Shown here: positions 9,406 to 17,421 of the stretch, piece after piece
How positions within the stretch are numbered: position 1 is the first letter of the stretch
Layout: each line of letters begins with the position of its first letter
Assembly: GCA_049606355.1 (NCBI GenBank)
Contig: JBMYVL010000007.1
Coordinates: 25,406 to 57,405 of the forward strand
Direction: 5' to 3'
Length of the DNA stretch: 32,000 nucleotides
Source of the DNA: Opitutales bacterium
GTDB taxonomy: Bacteria; Verrucomicrobiota; Verrucomicrobiia; Opitutales; Coraliomargaritaceae
Program-made: the position numbers and the translations under genes
The notes under the pieces: generated by a model
Seen by the model: the letters and a program-made list of their open reading frames with translations, nothing else
The model's database searches: none
What the model was told of the DNA's origin: nothing

Positions 9406-10005
9406 TTATGGGGTCACAGGAATGAAAATCGTTTGGCCGACTTGGAGATCACGGGAGGGATTGACGATTTTGTTAGCGTTTTGAATGTGTTTCACCGTCG
9501 AGCCATGCGCGCGAGCGATCGCGCTGAGCGTATCACCGGAGCGCACCGTGTAGGTCACGCCGGTCTTGGGGTAGTCCTCTGAAAAATGCACTGGCGTGCT
9601 GATTTTAGGCTGCGCGCCACCAACCGTGTCAATCGCCACCTGCACCTGTTGAGTCAATGTGGCCATCTTACGATTTAACTCAGCGATGATCGTGGTTTTG
9701 TTGTCCGCATCGGCTGCGCGATAGTCCTGTTGTAAGCGCTCGAGCGCAGCAGAAAAATTTGCCAGTTTCACCTGCACCGCTGGATCGGCCAGACTGGCTT
9801 GCAGCTGGGCGCGCAGAGCAGTATTCTCGCGGCTCAGTTGCTCGATCTCGAGGCGCAGCGTGCGGACTTCTTGGCTCAGTAAATTGAGGTCTTGTCGTAA
9901 ACCAGCAACCGCCACGCGCACATCGCTTTGTGCATAAGCCGTTGGGCTGAGCCAAAGGGCTTGGGTTGCGAGGAAGCACCCGAGCAGACAGATTCGTGAT
10001 CTCAT
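9406..10005 (-). CDS. Secreted coiled-coil protein with a C-terminal LysM peptidoglycan-binding domain
   Basis: The track ORF starts at the GTG at 10011. The ATG at 10005 gives MRSRICLLGCFLATQALWLSPTAYAQ, a signal peptide. A heptad-like region follows (LRQDLNLLSQEVRTLRLEIEQLSRENTALRAQLQ). The LysM motif is YTVRSGDTLSAIARAHGSTVKHIQNANKI...LQVGQTIFIP. Its stop lies 3 nt before the parB ATG. Confidence 0.8.
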   Translation of the reverse strand: MRSRICLLGCFLATQALWLSPTAYAQSDVRVAVAGLRQDLNLLSQEVRTLRLEIEQLSRENTALRAQLQASLADPAVQVKLANFSAALERLQQDYRAADADNKTTIIAELNRKMATLTQQVQVAIDTVGGAQPKISTPVHFSEDYPKTGVTYTVRSGDTLSAIARAHGSTVKHIQNANKIVNPSRDLQVGQTIFIPVTP

Positions 10006-10125
10006 AAACACTGTTCAAGATTCAAGAGCACCACGAAAAGTCAAAGCCAGAAAAAACAGTTGGCTAAAACCTTACGAGTTGCGAGTTGCACCGATTCAAA
10101 TCGACCTCAAAACTAATCGATACGC

Positions 10126-10962
10126 ATGAATACATCGAGCCACTACTGGATCCACGATCTCAGTCCGTTTTTAATTCGCTTTCCTGATAACCCACTGGGA
10201 CTGGACGGAATTCGTTATTATGGCTTGGCCTACCTCTTGGCATTTGCTGCCGCTTGGTTGTTGCTCCGCATCTACGACCAGAAAGGGAAATTTCACATTG
10301 ACGCTGAAGGGCGCTCAACGCTGATGACCGCTATCATTCTCGGCGTGCTACTTGGCGGACGATTGGGCTACATGCTGCTCTACGATCTCGCCGCCTTTCT
10401 GCAAAACCCCTTACTGTTTTTCAGAGTCGATCAAGGCGGCATGGCTAGTCATGGCGGCTTTGTAGGGGTTACCCTTGCACTCGTCTGGTTCGCACACAAA
10501 CGCTGCCGCTTACTGGAACTGGGTGACAGCATCGCAAGTATCGCACCGCTCGGCCTCTGTTTGGGGCGTATCGCCAATTTCATCAATGGAGAATTGTGGG
10601 GGCGACCCAGCACGGTGAGTTGGGCAGTTCTTTTTCCGCAAAGCCCCCCCACTTACCATGTGGAGACTGGCATGCTAGCGCCTGTACCTCGCCATCCTTC
10701 GCAACTCTATGAGGCCGCCCTCGAGGGCGCGTTGCTCTTCGGATACTTACAGTGGCGATTCTGGATAAAGCGACCCAGCATCGGCGGGCTCAGCGGTGAG
10801 TTTTTATTCGGCTATGGCCTACTGCGAATTGTCGGGGAGTGCTTCCGTGAGCCCGATGCCAGTTTAATTTGGGGCATGAGCCGCGGCCAGTTTTACTCCC
10901 TGTTCTTCATTCTAATCGGCTTAGCCCTCATGCGCTACGCGCGCAAAGCGGCGAGCCACTAG
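10126..10962 (+). CDS. lgt: Prolipoprotein (phosphatidylglycerol) diacylglyceryl transferase
   Basis: 278 aa polytopic membrane protein with Lgt signatures (IRYYGLAYLLAF; GGRLGY; GMASHGG; GRIANFINGELWGRP; HPSQLYEA). Confidence 0.9.
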   Translation: MNTSSHYWIHDLSPFLIRFPDNPLGLDGIRYYGLAYLLAFAAAWLLLRIYDQKGKFHIDAEGRSTLMTAIILGVLLGGRLGYMLLYDLAAFLQNPLLFFRVDQGGMASHGGFVGVTLALVWFAHKRCRLLELGDSIASIAPLGLCLGRIANFINGELWGRPSTVSWAVLFPQSPPTYHVETGMLAPVPRHPSQLYEAALEGALLFGYLQWRFWIKRPSIGGLSGEFLFGYGLLRIVGECFREPDASLIWGMSRGQFYSLFFILIGLALMRYARKAASH

Positions 10963-11804
10963 CGAAAGCAGAGCAGCGGGATGTGACAGCGGCGCATCAG
11001 ATCGGTCGTGGTACTGCCGATAATTAATTCACGAATCCGGCTGTGCCCGTAGGCTCCGGCAATCAAGCAGTCCACCTGCGCCTGCGTGATATAATCGGCA
11101 ATCGCGGTGCCCACCTCGCCGTTCAAGACCTGGCAAATAGGTTTGAGTTTGGCTGCCTGCAGTACTTGCTCGGCCTCCAGCAATCGCGCCGTGGCGAGGT
11201 CGGCATCTTGCCGCTCGACCACTGTAATCACTTGAATTTCTAAAGCATGAAACAAGGCTTGCGCGGCAACAAAGTGCAGCGCTTGTTGGCAACTCACGCC
11301 GCCATCATAGGCAATCGCGAGGCGCTGCACCGGTTGGTAAGCCCGCGGCGTGACCAAACAAGGCTTCTTCACCGTGCGAATCACGCGCTCCAGCATCGAG
11401 CCCAAATGCTCGGTTGCAAAATTCGCATTTTCCCCGCGCTTACCCAGCAGAATCAGATCCGCCTCCTGCGCTAACTGCCCAATCGCATCGACCAAAAGTC
11501 CCGTCTGGTGATGAAACTGGACTCGATTCGACAGTCCCGCCTGCTTAAAAATGTCCAAGGTCTGCTCACTGACAAATTTTGCCTTTAGCGCTTCGACCTC
11601 CTGCATCTGAGCTATCATACCTTCATACGGTTGCACGCCCAGGCTACCGCTCAAATCGGCCACTGCAGGAATCTCAAAACGTCGAATGTCAGTCACATAC
11701 AGGACATCAATCGCCGCCCCACTTTCTTTGGCCAACCATACGCCATAGGAGCAGCACTGTTGTGAATAGTTCGAGCCATCGGTACAAATAAGGAGACGCT
11801 TCAT
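10959..11804 (-). CDS. Universal stress protein with tandem Usp domains
   Basis: 281 aa. Two UspA-like halves (MKRLLICTDGSNYS ... DLILLGKRG, and RLAIAYDGG ... DCLIAGAYGHSRIRELIIGSTT), each with the G-x2-G-x9-G(S/T) ATP-binding-type motif in its C-terminal part. Confidence 0.85.
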   Translation of the reverse strand: MKRLLICTDGSNYSQQCCSYGVWLAKESGAAIDVLYVTDIRRFEIPAVADLSGSLGVQPYEGMIAQMQEVEALKAKFVSEQTLDIFKQAGLSNRVQFHHQTGLLVDAIGQLAQEADLILLGKRGENANFATEHLGSMLERVIRTVKKPCLVTPRAYQPVQRLAIAYDGGVSCQQALHFVAAQALFHALEIQVITVVERQDADLATARLLEAEQVLQAAKLKPICQVLNGEVGTAIADYITQAQVDCLIAGAYGHSRIRELIIGSTTTDLMRRCHIPLLCFR

Positions 11805-11877
11805 CGGCTTTCGGGGGTTGAGAATTTACACTGTTTTGCGCTGCATTTTATTATGTAAAAAAACGTGTTTCCCACAA

Positions 11878-11912
11878 CGCAAAAAAACCGCGATTCTAAC
11901 GAACCGCGGTTT
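11878..11912 (-). terminator. Rho-independent terminator downstream of glgC
   Basis: On the minus strand: AAACCGCG (11912-11905), a 12-nt loop, CGCGGTTT (11892-11885), then a T7 run (the plus-strand A run at 11881-11887). This is 26 nt after the glgC stop. It is the only convincing intrinsic terminator I found in the window. Confidence 0.65.
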
Positions 11913-11937
11913 CTGTAAATTGATGCGAGTGATCGAG

Positions 11938-13233
11938 CTATGCCTTTAGCACAAAGCCGTCCGGTACGATTGCTTCCTTGGTCACAACCAGCACCCCATC
12001 GCGCACCGCGATATCAACATCCGGTCCGAAGTTATCCGGCAAGCCGGTTGGATCGAGCACCACGTTGTCGCCAATGCGTACGTTCTTGTCCAAAATCGCA
12101 TTGTGAATTTGGCAATTACGCCCAACTCCAATGGCAGGGCGCCCTTTCGCTCGATTGGCCTCAAGTTCCTCGGCCGTCTCAAAATAATCGGCACCCATCA
12201 TGACCACATTATCGAGCGTCGACTGTTCGGCGACCACCGAGCGCACCCCCAACGAACTGCGCGTCAGCGTAGCATCACTGACAATACAGCCATCAGCGAC
12301 CACTGCACGATCAACCTTGCAGGAATTTAATTTCGAAGCCGGCAAGAACCGTGCGTGTGTATAGATACGAGCATCTTCATCGAAGAAATTAAACGGCGGC
12401 ACTGGATCGGTGAGGCGCAGATTGCAGTCAAAAAAGGCCTTCACAGTACCGATATCTTCCCAGTAATCGTCGAAGACATAGCTGTACAACTTCTCTTTTC
12501 CTAACAGCCCGGGGATGATTTCCTTACCAAAATCCGTCGTATCGGAATCCAAGGCGGCATTCAGGGTTTTGGCGTTGAACACATAAATACCCATGGAGGC
12601 CAAGCAATAGGGCTGGTCACCAGGGTTCTTCATTTTTTTGCGCACGCTCTCGCCCACAGCCAAACCTTTAATCACTTCAGGATCTTTCGGCTTTTCGACA
12701 AATTCGGTGATTTCCAGAGCATCGTTTATACGCATCAAGCCGAGGCCCTCAGCTTCATCCAGACCCAGCGGCTTGGCAGTAATCGTCACCGCAGCTCCGG
12801 ACGCATCGTGCTCGCGAACCACATCCTGAAGATCCATGCGAAAGAGCTGATCGCCGGAAAGAATGACATACAAATCATCTTCGCCGGTACTGCGGAAGTG
12901 GTGCATATTTTGGCGTACCGCATCGGCTGTACCCTGGTACCAAGCTTCACCCTTATCCGTCTGCTCTGCGGACAAAATATCAACAAAGCCGCCTCCGTAG
13001 GGATCAAACTTATAAGATTCCTGTATGTGATGGTGCAGGGACGCGGTATTAAACTGCGTGAGCACATAGATCTGATTGTAGCCTGAATTCAGGCAGTTAC
13101 TGATCGGGATATCGACCAGTCGGTACTTGCCCGCAAGCGGAACCGCTGGCTTGCAGCGCTCTTTTGTTAGTGGCACTAGGCGCGAACCGCGCCCGCCGCC
13201 CATGATAATGCAGATGATATTGCGTTTTTTCAT
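11938..13233 (-). CDS. glgC: Glucose-1-phosphate adenylyltransferase
   Basis: The track ORF starts at 13263. The ATG at 13233 gives MKKRNIICIIMGGGRGSRLVPLTKERCKPAVPLAGKYRLVDIPISNC, the canonical GlgC N-terminus. It has a WYQGTADAV motif and a C-terminal left-handed beta-helix region. Confidence 0.92.
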   Translation of the reverse strand: MKKRNIICIIMGGGRGSRLVPLTKERCKPAVPLAGKYRLVDIPISNCLNSGYNQIYVLTQFNTASLHHHIQESYKFDPYGGGFVDILSAEQTDKGEAWYQGTADAVRQNMHHFRSTGEDDLYVILSGDQLFRMDLQDVVREHDASGAAVTITAKPLGLDEAEGLGLMRINDALEITEFVEKPKDPEVIKGLAVGESVRKKMKNPGDQPYCLASMGIYVFNAKTLNAALDSDTTDFGKEIIPGLLGKEKLYSYVFDDYWEDIGTVKAFFDCNLRLTDPVPPFNFFDEDARIYTHARFLPASKLNSCKVDRAVVADGCIVSDATLTRSSLGVRSVVAEQSTLDNVVMMGADYFETAEELEANRAKGRPAIGVGRNCQIHNAILDKNVRIGDNVVLDPTGLPDNFGPDVDIAVRDGVLVVTKEAIVPDGFVLKA

Positions 13234-13307
13234 TGATATTGCGTGTACGGAAATGGGTAGCAATTGCCTTGATTCTTATACACTCCTCGCTCTGAATTGA
13301 AGCTTAT

Positions 13308-15155
13308 ATGTGTGGAATTGTTGGATATATTGGCCGTGACCGCGCGGGGAGTGTCATGCTGGACGGTTTGAAGCGCCTGGAATACCGTGGCTACGACTCC
13401 TCCGGTGTCGCCGTGCTGACTGCTGCCGGCATCCAAGCGACCCGTCGCACTGGCCGCGTCAAAGAGCTGGAGGCAGCGCTGGGCGATGCCTTGGGCGGCA
13501 CGCTCGGCATTAGCCACACGCGTTGGGCGACTCACGGTGACGTCACCGAGGCCAATGCACACCCGCACATCAGCAGCGATCACAAGATCGGCCTCGTCCA
13601 CAACGGGGTGATTGAGAATTACCTGAGCATGAAGAAATTCCTCAGCGGCAAGGGCTACACCTTTCAATCCGACACCGATACCGAAGCACTGGCCAACCTA
13701 ATCGCCTATCATTATGACAAGGAAGACGAGCGTACTGGCAAAAGCCGCTTCCTCGAAGCGGTGCGTAAGAGTCTGCGCCACGTAGAGGGTACCTACGGGA
13801 TCGCCGCGATCTGTGCCGATTGCCCTGGAGAATTGATCGGCGCGCGCAAAGGCTCGCCGCTGATTATCGGTGTCGGCAAAGGCGAAAATTTGATCGCTTC
13901 GGATGTCAATGCCATCGCACAGTGCACCCAAAACGTGGTGTATTTGAACGACAATGAAGTCGTGCATTTAACGGAAGATGATTTCTCCATCACCACTGCA
14001 GCCAATGCCAATGTTGAGGCGGTGATTCATCAAGTCGATTGGGATACTGCTGAAGCGGAACTCGGCGACTACCAACACTTCATGGAGAAGGAAATCTTCG
14101 AGCAGCCCGCCGCACTGGAAAATGGCATGCGTGGGCGCTTCTCAGATGATGGCAGTACCGCGGTCTTTGGTGGTCTCAACCTGAGCCCGCAGGACCTGCG
14201 CAATGTCGACCGTATTCTTTTTCTCGCCTGCGGTACCGCTTGGCACGCTTGCTTGGTCGCCGAGTATTTGATTGAGCGTTACGCTCGCATCCCCGTCGAG
14301 GTTGAGTATGCCTCCGAGTTCCGTTACCGCAACGCACCGCTGGATAAAAATACCCTTGTCTTTGCGATCAGCCAATCCGGTGAAACGATCGACACCCTTG
14401 CCGCCCTGCGCGAAGCCAAGCGCAAAGGCTACCGTACCCTTTCCATCAACAACAGTGTTGGCTCCACCATCGCCCGCGAGAGCGATGGCGGTATTTACCA
14501 GCACGCGGGTTCGGAAATCGGAGTTGCATCAACCAAAGCCTTTACTTCGCAGATCATGCTATGCGCCATGGTCGCATTATACCTCGGGCGTCTGCGCGAC
14601 CTCAGCTACGGCGACGGCAAGGAAATCGTCAAAGCCATGAAGGCGCTACCTGAACTTGTGCGCGAAGTGCTCCATCAGAGTGATGCCATTGCTGCCATCG
14701 CGAAGAAGTATGCCAAGTATGAGGACTGCTTGTTCCTCGGTCGGCAGCTGATGTTCCCGATCGCCCTGGAAGGTGCGCTTAAGCTCAAGGAAATTTCCTA
14801 TATCCATGCGGAGGGTTACCCCGCTGCGGAAATGAAGCACGGTCCCATTGCGCTGATCAGCGAAGACTGCCCGAGCGTGTTCCTCGCCACTTCCGGCGAA
14901 ATTTTCCAGAAGAGCCTTGCCAACATGCAGGAAGTCAAAGCTCGCAAGGGCAAGGTGATCTGTGTCGCCAGCGCCGATTGTGAGCTACCGGAAGACGACA
15001 TCGACGATATCATTCGCGTCCCCGAGTGCCACGAGATCATTCAACCGATCCTGATGAGCATCCCCGTGCAATTGCTCAGCTACTACATCGCCCTCGAACG
15101 TGGTTGCGACGTCGACAAACCGCGCAACCTGGCCAAGTCCGTGACCGTCGAGTAG
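13308..15155 (+). CDS. glmS: Glutamine--fructose-6-phosphate aminotransferase (isomerising)
   Basis: 615 aa. Starts with MCGIVGY (the Ntn nucleophile Cys after the initiator Met). Two SIS domains ([10 protein letters not shown]; [18 protein letters not shown]) and the canonical C-terminal KSVTVE. Confidence 0.97.
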   Translation: MCGIVGYIGRDRAGSVMLDGLKRLEYRGYDSSGVAVLTAAGIQATRRTGRVKELEAALGDALGGTLGISHTRWATHGDVTEANAHPHISSDHKIGLVHNGVIENYLSMKKFLSGKGYTFQSDTDTEALANLIAYHYDKEDERTGKSRFLEAVRKSLRHVEGTYGIAAICADCPGELIGARKGSPLIIGVGKGENLIASDVNAIAQCTQNVVYLNDNEVVHLTEDDFSITTAANANVEAVIHQVDWDTAEAELGDYQHFMEKEIFEQPAALENGMRGRFSDDGSTAVFGGLNLSPQDLRNVDRILFLACGTAWHACLVAEYLIERYARIPVEVEYASEFRYRNAPLDKNTLVFAISQSGETIDTLAALREAKRKGYRTLSINNSVGSTIARESDGGIYQHAGSEIGVASTKAFTSQIMLCAMVALYLGRLRDLSYGDGKEIVKAMKALPELVREVLHQSDAIAAIAKKYAKYEDCLFLGRQLMFPIALEGALKLKEISYIHAEGYPAAEMKHGPIALISEDCPSVFLATSGEIFQKSLANMQEVKARKGKVICVASADCELPEDDIDDIIRVPECHEIIQPILMSIPVQLLSYYIALERGCDVDKPRNLAKSVTVE

Positions 15156-15158
15156 CGC

Positions 15159-15244
<86 letters not shown>

Positions 15245-15353
15245 TGGGTGCAAGACGCGGATAACAAACAAGCCATCCGTGCATGGCAAGTCCGGATCCG
15301 CATTTGTCTTACTGTTTGGCAAAAAGCAGAAGTTCTGCTTGCGTACTCCCCTT

Positions 15354-15620
15354 ATGGCTGGAGATACCTCGATCGAATCATTCAAATCGGCGCTCAATGA
15401 CAACCACGAGTGGCCCTGTTTCTACACCTTTAAATTCATCGTGCCACAGGCGAAGACTGCTGAGGTGTTGGCACTTTTTGCGGACGATCCAGTCGCTGAG
15501 CGACCTTCTAAAAGTGGTCGCTTCATCTCCTACACAATGGAACTGCATGTGGAGTCAGCCGATCACGTGCTGAGCATCTACAATCGAGTCTCTCACATCA
15601 AAGGGGTCATCACCCTGTAA
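15354..15620 (+). CDS. DUF493 (YbeD-like) small protein
   Basis: The track ORF starts at 15279. I prefer the ATG at 15354 (MAGDTSIESF...). The pattern WPCFYTFKFIV ... SKSGRFISYTMELHVESADHVLSIYNRV ... VITL resembles the YbeD/UPF0250 family. Confidence 0.68.
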   Translation: MAGDTSIESFKSALNDNHEWPCFYTFKFIVPQAKTAEVLALFADDPVAERPSKSGRFISYTMELHVESADHVLSIYNRVSHIKGVITL

Positions 15621-15665
15621 GCACGTGTTGCATAATAACAAGACGACTGAACCACTCGGATCCGT

Positions 15666-16289
15666 ATGCGAAGAAACTTACTAGGCCCCGCTTGCCTGAT
15701 GCTCAGCATCTCCTTACTTAATGCCTGCGCGCAAGAAACACCATCCAGCCATACCTCTAAAATGCGAACAACTGATTCTGAATCCATCGAAGTTGCCACC
15801 TTCGGCGCCGGCTGTTTTTGGTGCGTCGAAGCGGTCTTTGAACAACTGGATGGCGTTATCGACGTAGAATCCGGCTATATGGGCGGAGTGACTGAAAACC
15901 CCAGCTATCGGGACATCTGTAGCGGGACGACCGGTCACGCCGAAGTCACCCGTATCCAGTTTGACCGTACAATCATCGACTACGCGACCTTACTGGATTG
16001 GCTGTGGCGCTCCCACGATCCCACCACCTTGAACCGCCAAGGTCACGACATTGGCACGCAATACCGCTCGGCAATTTTTTACCACAGCGAGGCCCAGAAG
16101 ACAGTCGCGCTACGCTCTAGGGCAGCCGCTCAAGCCTCGTTTAATGCACCCATTGTAACTGAAATCACTGCTGCCAGCACCTACTATCCTGCTGAAGATT
16201 ACCACCAGGACTACTATCGCCTGAACCCCAACAAGCCTTACTGTGCGCGGATAATCGCGCCGAAGCTCAAAAAGCTCGATCTCGAGTAA
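15666..16289 (+). CDS. msrA: Peptide-methionine (S)-S-oxide reductase MsrA, probably exported or lipidated
   Basis: 207 aa. Catalytic motif ATFGAGCFWCVEAVF, with GYMGG and HAEV blocks. The N-terminus (MRRNLLGPACLMLSISLLNAC) looks like a signal peptide ending in a lipobox-like LNAC. An internal ATG at 15762 would give a conventional cytoplasmic form. Confidence 0.88.
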   Translation: MRRNLLGPACLMLSISLLNACAQETPSSHTSKMRTTDSESIEVATFGAGCFWCVEAVFEQLDGVIDVESGYMGGVTENPSYRDICSGTTGHAEVTRIQFDRTIIDYATLLDWLWRSHDPTTLNRQGHDIGTQYRSAIFYHSEAQKTVALRSRAAAQASFNAPIVTEITAASTYYPAEDYHQDYYRLNPNKPYCARIIAPKLKKLDLE

Positions 16290-16352
16290 CGCTTGCGCAA
16301 AGAATTCCCGCCACTGTACTTAAAGGATATATCCACGCGCATCGTAAGCCCC

Positions 16353-17417
16353 ATGATTCCCCACAATGACACGCGCATCGCCGACATGCGCCCACTCTTG
16401 CCCCCGGCTATTTTGATCGAAGAGATCCCACTGTCCGCTCAAGCGCTTGCGGTGGTGGATGCTGGGCGCGCGCAAAGCGCTGCCATCCTCAGCGGCGCAG
16501 ACGATCGCCTGCTGGTCGTTACCGGGCCCTGCTCCATTCATGATCCACAAGCAGCTCTCGACTATGCGCAACAACTGCTGCCGCTCGCAAAAAAATACCA
16601 AGGCGAGCTACAAGTCATCATGCGTGTGTATTTCGAGAAGCCGCGTACCGTAGTCGGCTGGAAAGGCTTAATTAACGACCCCCACATTGATGGCAGCTTC
16701 GAAATCAACACTGGGCTTCGCATCGGGCGGCAACTGTTGGCGGATATTTGCGAGCTCGGGCTACCGACCGGCGCTGAATTCCTCGATACCATCATTCCAC
16801 AATTTATCGCAGATGCGATTGCATGGTCGGCGATTGGCGCCCGCACCACCGAGAGTCAGGTGCACCGCGAGCTTGCCTCCGGGCTCTCGATGCCAATCGG
16901 TTTTAAAAATGGCACCAGCGGCAATGTACAAATCGCGATCGATGCGGTACGCTCCGCGCGTGAACCACACTGGTTTCCATCTGTCACTCGACAAGGCGTA
17001 ACGGCAATCTTTGCAACCAGCGGCAACCCCACCGCACATTTGATCTTGCGAGGCGGTAGTCGCACGGGGCCGAATTATGAAGCCGCTGCGATCGAGCCGA
17101 TTTTAAACCAGCTTGAATCCCTTGATCTTCCTCCTTACTTGGTCGTCGATTGCAGTCACGGCAACAGCAACAAGGACTATACCCGTCAAGCTGTAGTGGC
17201 AGCTGCACTGGCCGAGCAAATTGCTGCCGGGCAAACCGGCATTGCCGGAGTCATGCTTGAAAGTTTCCTCGTCGCCGGGCGTCAGGATTATTCACCCCAG
17301 GGCGATACGACTTACGGACAAAGCATTACTGATGCCTGCATCGATCTCGAGCAAACGGAGCAAATCCTCGAGCAATTGGCGAGTGCGGTACAAGCTCGCC
17401 GTGCGCGCACCCCATAA
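16353..17417 (+). CDS. aroG: 3-deoxy-7-phosphoheptulonate (DAHP) synthase, class I (AroF/G/H type). Feedback specificity cannot be determined from the sequence.
   Basis: The track ORF starts at a TTG at 16293. The ATG at 16353 gives MIPHNDTRIADMRPLLPP. Type I-alpha DAHPS blocks are present (LLVVTGPCSIHD; MRVYFEKPRTVVGWKGLINDP; GARTTESQVHRELASGLSMPIGFKNGT; VDCSHGNS). Confidence 0.9.
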   Translation: MIPHNDTRIADMRPLLPPAILIEEIPLSAQALAVVDAGRAQSAAILSGADDRLLVVTGPCSIHDPQAALDYAQQLLPLAKKYQGELQVIMRVYFEKPRTVVGWKGLINDPHIDGSFEINTGLRIGRQLLADICELGLPTGAEFLDTIIPQFIADAIAWSAIGARTTESQVHRELASGLSMPIGFKNGTSGNVQIAIDAVRSAREPHWFPSVTRQGVTAIFATSGNPTAHLILRGGSRTGPNYEAAAIEPILNQLESLDLPPYLVVDCSHGNSNKDYTRQAVVAAALAEQIAAGQTGIAGVMLESFLVAGRQDYSPQGDTTYGQSITDACIDLEQTEQILEQLASAVQARRARTP

Positions 17418-17421
17418 AACA

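Noticed and set aside
9488-9503. TGTTTCAC, a half parS site, inside the LysM gene near parB.
   Set aside because: Only the left half matches the TGTTNCACGTGAAACA consensus. The right half (CGTCGAGC) matches 1 of 8 positions. The other CACGTG cores, such as those near 3968 and 3995, have non-matching flanks. I found no credible parS in the window.
10012-10125. Short tandem duplications in the LysM/lgt divergent intergenic region (ttcaagattcaaga; gagttgcgagttgc).
   Set aside because: Each has only two copies of 6-7 nt. That is too short to separate an operator or repeat element from chance. I note it only as a possible promoter-region feature.
13234-13307. Possible glmS ribozyme upstream of glmS.
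   Set aside because: Only 74 nt separate glgC and glmS, far shorter than the glmS ribozyme. I see no matching conserved core, and the ribozyme is mainly known from Gram-positive lineages.
13230-13667. A 145-codon minus-strand ORF spanning the glgC/glmS divergent region and the glmS 5' end.
   Set aside because: It overlaps the unmistakable glmS N-terminus (MCGIVGY...) on the opposite strand and would run into the glgC start. It has no family resemblance.
15324-15340. A perfect 7-bp hairpin (AAGCAGA-AGT-TCTGCTT) 14 nt upstream of the DUF493 start.
   Set aside because: It has no following U tract and no recognisable motif. It could occlude the ribosome-binding region, but a single short hairpin is within chance expectation.
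17221-17421. Upstream extension of the protease ORF overlapping the aroG 3' end. Similar extensions occur at 6306-6428, 13234-13263, 15279-15353, 16293-16352, 18812-18874, 27068-27151, 29471-29527 and 29563-29607.
   Set aside because: These are artefacts of calling the longest ORF. The extensions overlap neighbouring genes or encode residues unlike the family N-termini. In each case an internal ATG gives a canonical N-terminus or signal peptide.
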